Notes under the pieces: generated by a model
What the model was told of the DNA's origin: nothing
Database searches by the model: none
What the model saw: only the letters and a program-made list of their open reading frames with translations
NCBI RefSeq assembly: GCF_000025925.1
Contig: NC_014033.1
Location: forward strand, 540,001 to 572,000
Source of the DNA: Xylanibacter ruminicola 23
GTDB taxonomy: Bacteria; Bacteroidota; Bacteroidia; Bacteroidales; Bacteroidaceae
Length of the DNA: 32,000 bases
Reading direction: 5' to 3'
Program-made: the position numbers and the translations under genes
Part shown: piece after piece, positions 1-7,501 of the stretch
Layout: each line of letters starts with the position of its first letter
Position numbering within the stretch: position 1 is the first letter of the stretch

Positions 1-243
1 TACAAGGGTAAAACATTGAACTATGATTTGAAGGAAATCCCACGTACCCAGACCATAGAACCTGTATATGTTGAGACTAGCGCGTTCTTTATGTTCAAAC
101 GTGATGTATGGAAAGTACACAAGCAACGCATAGGTTTTAAGCCATATATGGCCCTTGTTGATAAGATTGAAGGAGTTGATATAGACTGGCCTGAGGATTT
201 TGAATTCGCTGAAAAGATTCTGGAAACATATAAGGCAAAGTGA
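1..243 (+). CDS. C-terminal fragment of a CMP-sugar synthetase-type cytidylyltransferase (acylneuraminate/KDO cytidylyltransferase family); 5' end lies outside the window
   Basis: Frame 1 is open from base 1; the listed M at 16 is an in-frame TTG. The peptide ...IPRTQTIEPVYVETSAFFMFKR...GVDIDWPEDFEFAEKIL resembles the R-[ST]-Q and DID..D...AE C-terminal pattern of the CTP_transf_3 family. The stop TGA at 241-243 overlaps the next ATG. Confidence 0.5.
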   Translation, partial: YKGKTLNYDLKEIPRTQTIEPVYVETSAFFMFKRDVWKVHKQRIGFKPYMALVDKIEGVDIDWPEDFEFAEKILETYKAK

Positions 244-1247
244 TGAAACATCTCTTTTTCATACATTCTCATACGCTTTTCCTTACATCTATTGGTGTAG
301 TTGATTATTTAAATCTTCCTCATAAAGATGTTTTGTTTGTATATTCACGAAATTACAAGACCACTATCCCGACAGATATTGAAAGTGTTGACATTAGCAA
401 CCAAATGGAAGATACTTTTTACATAATGCTTAGCTGGTCGAGACGTAATTTTTTTTACAACAAAAAAATAAGAGATGATTTAGTTTCTTTTTTTGATGAT
501 TTTGTACAAGAACACACTTCTGGCAGAGCATATAGGCTTTATATTCCACATTTGCAGCACCATGCTTTCCAAATAATGGCGACTAATCCGCGTTGTGATG
601 AGATTTTTTTTATACAAGAGGGAGGGAGGGCTATGATACCTTTACAAACGGGCAAGATATCCTTCCTGAATGCAGTGTATAACAAATTGATACTGCATAA
701 TGACTCGAGGGTATGGAAGTGTTCTAATTGGTTTCCTAACGAGCACACCCCCTATTCACGACCGGTAAAGGCTTTTGCCTTTGATAAAGACTACTTCTGC
801 GATGCGCCAGAGCAGACAATCTTGGTAAAATGGCCTCATATTCCTATCAGTGTTAGCATAGACGAACAGCGTCCGTTTTTTCTTCTTGAAGGCGCTGTTG
901 AATTGGGACAAGTTGAGGGAAATCTATACAATAATGCCGTAAAGGTCTTAATAAATGAATTTGCAGAATCAAAAAATTATATAAAATTTCATCCTGCTCA
1001 AAAGGCCGAAGCGAGACATTTGATTCTTAATATGTTTAAAGAAAAAAAATGTGAGGTAGAAGAACTTCCTATGGATATTCCTTTCGAATTGATTGTTGTC
1101 AACTTTCACAACCTTAAACTATATGGATTTGGTACGTCTTTGTTATTTTATGGAAAGTCTTTTGGGCATCATGTTGTGTCTCGCGAAAACTTATTAATGA
1201 AATCTAAAAGATACAGGATATATAGTAAAGGATTGGCAAAATTATAA
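243..1247 (+). CDS. Putative GT-B glycosyltransferase with bacterial sialyltransferase-like motifs (GT52/GT38-like); substrate unknown
   Basis: Long ORF whose ATG at 243 overlaps the upstream stop. It contains FFIQEGG (Q-E-G, DNA about 615-623) and KFHPAQ (H-P, DNA 990-995) about 125 aa apart. This is the spacing and order of the D/E-D/E-G and HP motifs described for bacterial sialyltransferases. It sits directly after a CMP-sugar synthetase gene. Confidence 0.4.
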   Translation: MKHLFFIHSHTLFLTSIGVVDYLNLPHKDVLFVYSRNYKTTIPTDIESVDISNQMEDTFYIMLSWSRRNFFYNKKIRDDLVSFFDDFVQEHTSGRAYRLYIPHLQHHAFQIMATNPRCDEIFFIQEGGRAMIPLQTGKISFLNAVYNKLILHNDSRVWKCSNWFPNEHTPYSRPVKAFAFDKDYFCDAPEQTILVKWPHIPISVSIDEQRPFFLLEGAVELGQVEGNLYNNAVKVLINEFAESKNYIKFHPAQKAEARHLILNMFKEKKCEVEELPMDIPFELIVVNFHNLKLYGFGTSLLFYGKSFGHHVVSRENLLMKSKRYRIYSKGLAKL

Positions 1248-1251
1248 GGAT

Positions 1252-2478
1252 ATGAAAAGAATCGTGTTGATATGTTGTGTTTGGGGGTTCCTAAATTCGT
1301 GTATGGCAAAGAAAGAAAAAACACAAACTTTATTTGATAGTATCGAAAAACTATCCAATTCTTACGGCATATGTAGTCATATAACTAGAGATGGCGTGTT
1401 ATTTGACTTTGACACGAGAAACAATGAAAAGAAATTGATGGTTGACCTTGGCATAGATTATGTTCGTACGGATCTTGATTGGTATGTATGTCAACCTAAA
1501 GAAAATGATGCTTTTAACTATACACAGCATAAAGAGGCTTTGGATGTCATAGGAGATGATTTGAAAATATTGGGAATTTTAACACCATTTACTCCTCGAC
1601 GCACTTTAAATCAATGGGAGATATACGTAAAAGCAACTACTCGTAAGTTTAAAGATAGGGTTAATTGTTGGGAAATTGTAAATGAAGCAGATTTGGTTAA
1701 ATATAGAATAAAAGATTTTACTCCAGAGGAATATGTAAAAATGCTGAAAAGTGCCTATTCTATTGTTAAGAACAATTATCCCCAAAAAGATGTTGTATAC
1801 AGTGGGCTTTGTGATGTAAATTGCGGATTCTTTGAACGGACTATAGAATTAGGGGCTTCTCGTTATTTTGACATAATGAATATTCATAATTACGCTAATA
1901 AAGACAGAGAGCCAGAAAGGTTGATTCCCTATTTTAAGAAATTAAATGATTATTTTATAAGGTATAAGATAAATAAAAAGGTTTGGCTAACAGAAACTGG
2001 CTGTACAACAATGAAAGGTTGGGCATCCGAGATGACTCAAAGTATTAGATTACCTCGTATATTTATTATCTCTTTTGCATGTGGAATTGAAAAAGTATTT
2101 TGGTATAAAACACGTTCAAATGAAATTAACAAAAATGATAAGGAATGTTTTTTTGGTTTAGTGCATAAAGATTATACTCCCAAACCTGCGTATTATTCAT
2201 ACAAAACACTTATTAAAATATGCCCAAACAGATCTACAAGGCCGAAGTTGGAAAAAAATGGGAATGTTTATTCTGCAACATGGAAAAGGCCTGATGGAAA
2301 AAATGTGTGGGCTTTGTGGACTTCGAAATCGGAGGAGGTAGTAAAACTTAATATAAAAGGTAAGTACAAAATATATAACTTAAATGGGGATGAGCAATCT
2401 TATAACAGCTGTGATTATACGATTACTCCATCCATAATATATATTGTCGGTGCCAAGAATGTTGACATCGTGAACTAA
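1252..2478 (+). CDS. Lipoprotein with clan GH-A (GH5/GH39-like) glycoside hydrolase fold
   Basis: Signal peptide with lipobox (MKRIVLICCVWGFLNSC). CWEIVNEAD matches an acid/base NE motif and VWLTETG a nucleophile TE-x-G motif, at the spacing typical of (beta/alpha)8 clan A hydrolases. Confidence 0.6.
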   Translation: MKRIVLICCVWGFLNSCMAKKEKTQTLFDSIEKLSNSYGICSHITRDGVLFDFDTRNNEKKLMVDLGIDYVRTDLDWYVCQPKENDAFNYTQHKEALDVIGDDLKILGILTPFTPRRTLNQWEIYVKATTRKFKDRVNCWEIVNEADLVKYRIKDFTPEEYVKMLKSAYSIVKNNYPQKDVVYSGLCDVNCGFFERTIELGASRYFDIMNIHNYANKDREPERLIPYFKKLNDYFIRYKINKKVWLTETGCTTMKGWASEMTQSIRLPRIFIISFACGIEKVFWYKTRSNEINKNDKECFFGLVHKDYTPKPAYYSYKTLIKICPNRSTRPKLEKNGNVYSATWKRPDGKNVWALWTSKSEEVVKLNIKGKYKIYNLNGDEQSYNSCDYTITPSIIYIVGAKNVDIVN

Positions 2479-2522
2479 TCGTGATTATTTATGAAAATTT
2501 TACAAATAGCAAAGAGTTTAAA

Positions 2523-3452
2523 ATGAAGAAAATACTCTTTATTGGTGGTGCCGGTTTTATTGGCTCGAACCTGATTAAAGGTTTGCCGAATGACAAATAT
2601 GAAATTCATGTCTGTGAGCCAGCGGTTGAATATACAAAGCGGCTTAACGGTCTGCCTGTGAGATTACATATTACTTCAATAAACGACATTAAAGATTTGG
2701 CTAGGATCATTGAGGAATATGAGATTGACGTCGTGGTTCATTTGGTATCAACCTTAATTCCTGGCAGTACATACGAGAGTTATAAGGAAGAGTATAAGAA
2801 CATGATTTTTCCTTCGATTGAATTGATGGAGATTTGTGCCGAAAGAGAGGTTAAATTTGTATATTTTTCGTCTGGTGGAACAATATATGGCAATCGTAAC
2901 GATGTACTTCCCTTTGTAGAGCAGGATCCAATGGCTCCAATTTCATATTATGGATGGTCGAAACAGATGATGGAGAACAGCATTCTCTTTATGCATCGTA
3001 CAAAGGGTTTAGATTATTTGATAGTTAGACCGTCAAATCCATACGGCCATGGTCAAAACTTATTTGGGAAGCAAGGATTGGTGGCTGTGGCAATAGGAAA
3101 AATCCTAAAAGGTGAGCCTGTTGAGGTTTGGGGAGATGGTTCTGCTGTAAGAGACTATATATATATAGATGACCTTGCCAAAGTGTTTTTACAGTTAATT
3201 GAGAAGGATGTAAAGAATACCACTTTAAATATTGGGGCTGGTCGCGGCTATTCGGTCAACGATGTCTTGGCTTTCCTAAAAATAGTGTCAGGAAAGGACT
3301 TTAAAATTGAATACAAAAACCCACGTCCAGTTGATGTCTCTAATATGGTACTTGATATAACAAATTTAAGAAAATATGTAGACATATCTTATACGCCTTT
3401 TATGGAAGGAATAAAGGTGTTTTACAACGAATCAAAAGACAAAACGATATGA
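2523..3452 (+). CDS. NAD-dependent epimerase/dehydratase (SDR family)
   Basis: MKKILFIGGAGFIGSNL Rossmann motif and YYGWSK (YxxxK) catalytic motif. ATG 2523 is preferred over the GTG at 2481. The 3' end overlaps the next gene by ATGA. Confidence 0.85.
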   Translation: MKKILFIGGAGFIGSNLIKGLPNDKYEIHVCEPAVEYTKRLNGLPVRLHITSINDIKDLARIIEEYEIDVVVHLVSTLIPGSTYESYKEEYKNMIFPSIELMEICAEREVKFVYFSSGGTIYGNRNDVLPFVEQDPMAPISYYGWSKQMMENSILFMHRTKGLDYLIVRPSNPYGHGQNLFGKQGLVAVAIGKILKGEPVEVWGDGSAVRDYIYIDDLAKVFLQLIEKDVKNTTLNIGAGRGYSVNDVLAFLKIVSGKDFKIEYKNPRPVDVSNMVLDITNLRKYVDISYTPFMEGIKVFYNESKDKTI

Positions 3453-4573
3453 AACCAATAAAAATAGCGATTAGTGTAAATAAATGTGATTCTGGCGGTC
3501 AAAAGAGTCTAGTTATGGCTTATTTGAGGAACTTTGACCCCGAAAGGATAAAGTTTGATCTTATTGTAGATGCAGACTCTAACAGTATTCCTTACAAGGA
3601 GGTGGAAGAGCTGGGTGGTGGATTGTATGTGATACCACCTTATCAGAAGATATTAGCCCACATGAAAGTACTCAGAAAGTTGTTTAAAGAGAACAAATAT
3701 GACGTGCTTTATGCTGCAAATAATACGATGAATTTATTTCCATTAGCAGTAGCATATTATAGTGGTATAAAGGTAAGAGTGAGTGAGAGTTTGACAATGG
3801 CTTCACCATTGGAAAAGAAGAAAACTGCCATGAAAACTGTTTTGAAGAAGTTCTCTCATCTTTTCTGTAACTACTTTATGGCAAATGGTAAGGATTGTGG
3901 AATATATCAATTTGGAAAGAAAGCCTATGATGAAGGAAAAATATCTATCTTCTTAACCCCTGTGGATGCAACAGCCAACACTTTTGATGCGGAGTTGAGA
4001 AATGTGACTCGTATGAAGTTCGGATGGGAAGATAAAGTAGTATTTGGCTTTATAGGTAGGTTCGCAGCACAGAAGAATCCATTGTTCTTAATTGAAATAT
4101 TTCGTGAGATTTGTGAACTTCAGGAGAATTCTCATTTTGTCATTATTGGAGCTGGGGCTTTAGAGCAAAGAATGCTCGAAAAGATTGAAAAATACGGTTT
4201 CAAAGAAAAAGTTAGCTGGTTAGGAAGACGTGAAGACATCAAACAGTTCTATAATGCGTTTGATGCATTCTTGCTTCCTAGTATATACGAAGGCCTGCCT
4301 GTAGTTGGTATAGAATCACAAGCATCTGGCTTACCTGTTTTTTTCTCGGATGCAGTTACTCGTGAAGCATGTGTTGCAGAATTAGGCCATTTTATTAGCC
4401 TTAAGAAGACTGCAAGAGAATGGGCAGAGATTGTCGTTGGAGAGACAAAAAAGGCAATGTCAATACGTCATGGACGTGAGCAAGATTTGAAAGATGCGGG
4501 TTTTGATGCCGTATCTGAAACCGCGCGACTTACTGAATATTTTGAAAATGCTGTAGAAGAACAAAAAAGATAA
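3449..4573 (+). CDS. Glycosyltransferase family 4 (GT-B, retaining type)
   Basis: C-terminal EGLPVVGIESQASGLPVF motif (E-x7-E type) and an FIGRF..QKN segment typical of GT4 enzymes. It is translationally coupled to the upstream epimerase. Confidence 0.85.
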   Translation: MKPIKIAISVNKCDSGGQKSLVMAYLRNFDPERIKFDLIVDADSNSIPYKEVEELGGGLYVIPPYQKILAHMKVLRKLFKENKYDVLYAANNTMNLFPLAVAYYSGIKVRVSESLTMASPLEKKKTAMKTVLKKFSHLFCNYFMANGKDCGIYQFGKKAYDEGKISIFLTPVDATANTFDAELRNVTRMKFGWEDKVVFGFIGRFAAQKNPLFLIEIFREICELQENSHFVIIGAGALEQRMLEKIEKYGFKEKVSWLGRREDIKQFYNAFDAFLLPSIYEGLPVVGIESQASGLPVFFSDAVTREACVAELGHFISLKKTAREWAEIVVGETKKAMSIRHGREQDLKDAGFDAVSETARLTEYFENAVEEQKR

Positions 4574-4577
4574 CGAT

Positions 4578-5591
4578 ATGAATTACATTATAACTGGTGG
4601 TACCGGATTTATCGGTACCCATCTAACTAATCTTTTAAACGAAGTACATCCTGAGGCAAAAGTGTGGAATCTGGATATAGTAAAACCGGGAACTCCAAAC
4701 CCTGTGGTGAAAAATTATAAGCCTGCGGTTAGGGATGGCGAGCAGCTGGGATCAACTTATATAGAGTGTGATATCAGAAAACCAATAGGCGAACTGCCTT
4801 TTACACCGACTGCAGAGGATGTGATATTTAACTTTGCAGCTGTGCATCGTACACCTGGGCACGAGGATATTGAGTATTTTGAAACTAATATCCGTGGAGC
4901 AGAGAACATGTGTGCTTTTGCAGAGAAGTATGGTATTAAGAATATGGTGTTTACATCGAGCATTGCACCCTATGGCGCCTCGGAACAGCTGAAGACAGAG
5001 AATACACTGCCTACACCTAATACACCTTATGGTATATCGAAACTGGTAGCAGAGAAGATTCACATGGCATGGCAGAAAGGTGGTGAAGGTAGAAAACTAA
5101 CCATCGTTCGTCCTGGTGTAGTATTCGGTCGTGGTGAAAACGGAAACTTCTCTCGACTGTATTGGGGCATCCGTAAGCATACATTTGCTTATCCTGGTCG
5201 TAAGGATACCATCAAGGCTTGTGTATATGTAAAAGAGTTGGTGCGTTTTATTCTATGGAATGTAGAGGAGCGTAAGACTGCGTTTGACATCTATAACTGC
5301 ACCTTTGAGCCTGCATATACCATCGAGCAGATAGTAAAGGCGATGAAGAAGGTGACAGGCCTGTCGCAATCAGTGCCATATATTCCCAATAGTATCATCA
5401 TGCCGATGGCGGCATGTGCAAAGATGGTAGGTAGCCCGATGGGCATCTGCCCCGCAAGAGTAAAGAAACTGCAGATATCAACCAACATCTGTGGCAAGAA
5501 GATGGTATCATCCGGCTACAAATTCAAATGGACTTTTGAAGAGGCGTTAGCTGATTGGTATGCAGATAACATGCAGCGGTGTCTAGAATAA
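4578..5591 (+). CDS. NAD-dependent epimerase/dehydratase (SDR family)
   Basis: IITGGTGFIGTHL Rossmann motif and YGISK (YxxxK). It is the last gene of the plus-strand glycan operon. Confidence 0.8.
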   Translation: MNYIITGGTGFIGTHLTNLLNEVHPEAKVWNLDIVKPGTPNPVVKNYKPAVRDGEQLGSTYIECDIRKPIGELPFTPTAEDVIFNFAAVHRTPGHEDIEYFETNIRGAENMCAFAEKYGIKNMVFTSSIAPYGASEQLKTENTLPTPNTPYGISKLVAEKIHMAWQKGGEGRKLTIVRPGVVFGRGENGNFSRLYWGIRKHTFAYPGRKDTIKACVYVKELVRFILWNVEERKTAFDIYNCTFEPAYTIEQIVKAMKKVTGLSQSVPYIPNSIIMPMAACAKMVGSPMGICPARVKKLQISTNICGKKMVSSGYKFKWTFEEALADWYADNMQRCLE

Positions 5592-5611
5592 GTGGCATTT
5601 GGAATGGTTAG

Positions 5612-5723
5612 AGTGTAACGAGTGTAGTGAGTTTTTGCAACTTTCTCTATATAAATATATTCACCTCGAACCAAATGTATTTCCTTAGTGAAAGTTTCAT
5701 TTTCTCATTACACTCGTTACACT
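5612..5723. repeat. 20-bp inverted repeat (19/20 match) separated by a 72-bp AT-rich spacer
   Basis: AGTGTAACGAGTGTAGTGAG at 5612-5631 against CTCATTACACTCGTTACACT at 5704-5723 (reverse complement AGTGTAACGAGTGTAATGAG). The left arm contains the direct sub-repeat GAGTGTA twice. Confidence 0.9.
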
Positions 5724-5814
5724 AATGGGAGGGCGAAGATGGCTCAAATCAATTAATTAATTGAAATTAAAGCAATTTTTGATAATAAAACTACTTTCGT
5801 ATCAGAAAAATGAT

Positions 5815-5822
5815 TATCTTTG
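5815..5822 (+). promoter_or_regulatory. Bacteroidota sigma-A -7 box (TATCTTTG)
   Basis: Matches TAnnTTTG and lies 29 nt upstream of ATG 5851. The -33 element is weak. Confidence 0.5.
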
Positions 5823-5850
5823 CGGCGGAATCTTGAAATGAAGTTTTGTA

Positions 5851-6054
5851 ATGGGTAATAACAAGAATACAAAAGAGACGTTGATAACTACGAACGAGGG
5901 TATTAGACTTGTTCGTAGAGAGCGTGTTGTGAGGATGCCTAATGGCAAACTTCGCCATCCTGTGGATTACTATGATGCAACTCCAGGTGCGGTGGAGGTT
6001 ACCCCAGAAGAGCGCGAGCGAATTAGGATTCCAGTCTATCAGATCTTGATATAG
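5851..6054 (+). CDS. Hypothetical small basic protein (67 aa)
   Basis: ORF preceded by a -7 box, with only 6 nt to the next ORF start. I recognise no motif. Confidence 0.45.
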   Translation: MGNNKNTKETLITTNEGIRLVRRERVVRMPNGKLRHPVDYYDATPGAVEVTPEERERIRIPVYQILI

Positions 6055-6060
6055 TAGGCT

Positions 6061-6585
6061 ATGGCAATGACTGATGGATATCCGTTTATCTTCCAGATGA
6101 ACGATAAAACTGAGCATGATGATTTATTGGAATATACGCTTCAGTATAGATTTAAATCTACAAGGTCAAATCATACATATATAGTTCGCGTTGAGCGATA
6201 CAGAGATCATTCTTATTGCCTAAAGTTCTTTGATAAGGCTAATATGCTGAGCGAGAATAAATTCAGCTTGCGAACAGGTACATTTGAACCTCGAACCATT
6301 TTCTATACGTTGTTTAACATCATGTTAGATGTGTTGAAAAAGGATCCTAATGCTTCGTTCTTTTTCATAGGAGCAGAAGATGAGAAAGATGAACCAGGGG
6401 TTGCGACGAGGCGTTTTAAGGTATATGTGAAGTTTGTTCTGTCGACAATTGGTGATAATGTATTTAAGCATTATCGTGTGAATGATCTTTCGCTTTATAT
6501 ATTGGCAAATAAGGCATATGTAAAAAATATGGAGGCTTATGTTAACATGGTTATTGAGAATGTTGCAGAAGCCATGAGACATTAG
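6061..6585 (+). CDS. Hypothetical protein (174 aa), family not recognised
   Basis: ORF tightly coupled to the preceding small ORF. It has a protein-like composition with alternating predicted beta/alpha segments, and no signal peptide or TM segment. Confidence 0.6.
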   Translation: MAMTDGYPFIFQMNDKTEHDDLLEYTLQYRFKSTRSNHTYIVRVERYRDHSYCLKFFDKANMLSENKFSLRTGTFEPRTIFYTLFNIMLDVLKKDPNASFFFIGAEDEKDEPGVATRRFKVYVKFVLSTIGDNVFKHYRVNDLSLYILANKAYVKNMEAYVNMVIENVAEAMRH

Positions 6586-6677
6586 TAATGAGAAACTAAA
6601 CCCGGATTGGGGCGTAAAAATTGTGGAGTGCGAGGCTTTGGGGCTTGGCACTCCTAATAGTTTTTGAGGATTTTTTT

Positions 6678-7454
6678 ATGGCTAGGAAACCGAGAGTGAG
6701 GGCACGTTCGGGGGTGTATCATGTGCTGATGCAGGGTGTTAGGCACCGTGACATCTACATAGATGATGAGGACTACCGGACGTTTGTGGAGATACTGGAG
6801 AGGTTGCAAACGGCAAAGGATGGCGAGGAACGGTACTTTACGGTGTATGCGTACTGCCTGCTACCTGACCACTTTCACCTGATGCTGAAAGAGGAGACCG
6901 ACACGGTGAGTGTGACGATGGGACGCATAGCGGCGGCCTATGCACACTACTTTAATGATAAATACGACCGCGACGGTGCCATATACAGGGCCAGGTTTGC
7001 AAGCGAACCTGTGGAGAACGAGGAGCGATGGAACACGGTGCTGAGACATATCAGTCAGGCACCAGAACGTATGAAGGTGTGGGATGCCGAACACTATCCG
7101 TATAGCAGTTGGCATGAGTATGCCGGGGAGGAGAGTGAACTGCCGCGCATTTGCGAGATTCCTGCCAACTATCAGCAAATGAGCCGAGAGGATATGGTGC
7201 GGATGCTATCGACGCCAGTACCCAGACAAGCGGCATGTATAGGTCCGCTGACAGATGAGATGCGACGACCTAAGGACGACCAGGTGTTGGCGATACTCTA
7301 CGACATGACTAAAACCACCAGTATGATAGAGTTTTTAGGGCTTACAAGGGCGGAACAACTGAAGACATTAGCGGATTTAAGAAAGAAAGGGGCATCGATA
7401 CGACAACTTGAGAAACTAACGGGTATAGGTAGGGGAGTGATACAGAATCTATAA
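6678..7454 (+). CDS. HUH / Y1-transposase-like (IS200/RAYT-type fold) protein with C-terminal helix-turn-helix
   Basis: MARKPRVRARSGVYHVLMQGV N-terminus, YCLLPDHFHLML (HUH = H-F-H) and YFNDKYDRDGAIYRARF are typical of PF01797-type proteins. The C-terminal LRKKGASIRQLEKLTGIGRGVIQN is HTH-like. ATG 6678 is preferred over the upstream in-frame start at 6621. Confidence 0.7.
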   Translation: MARKPRVRARSGVYHVLMQGVRHRDIYIDDEDYRTFVEILERLQTAKDGEERYFTVYAYCLLPDHFHLMLKEETDTVSVTMGRIAAAYAHYFNDKYDRDGAIYRARFASEPVENEERWNTVLRHISQAPERMKVWDAEHYPYSSWHEYAGEESELPRICEIPANYQQMSREDMVRMLSTPVPRQAACIGPLTDEMRRPKDDQVLAILYDMTKTTSMIEFLGLTRAEQLKTLADLRKKGASIRQLEKLTGIGRGVIQNL

Positions 7455-7456
7455 AA

Positions 7457-7497
7457 GGAAAATCCCAGTCCAGAAAATTTGGACTGGGATTTTTTTT
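7457..7497. terminator. Bidirectional rho-independent terminator
   Basis: AATCCCAGTCC (7461-7471) pairs with GGACTGGGATT (7481-7491). The stem is flanked by an A-run on the left and a T7 run on the right, and sits between convergent stops at 7454 and 7502. Confidence 0.75.
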
Positions 7498-7501
7498 GTT
7501 T

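Noticed and set aside
5612-5723. Invertible promoter (phase-variation switch) for the glycan locus
   Set aside because: The spacer has no convincing TTTG-N19-21-TAnnTTTG promoter in either orientation. The element lies at the 3' end of the operon and no recombinase gene is in the window. I kept it as a structural finding only.
5612-7497. Intact IS200/IS605-type insertion sequence
   Set aside because: There is no TnpB-like gene and the two terminal hairpins are dissimilar. By manual alignment the Tyr motif of the HUH protein appears to be missing. No target duplication or second copy is visible.
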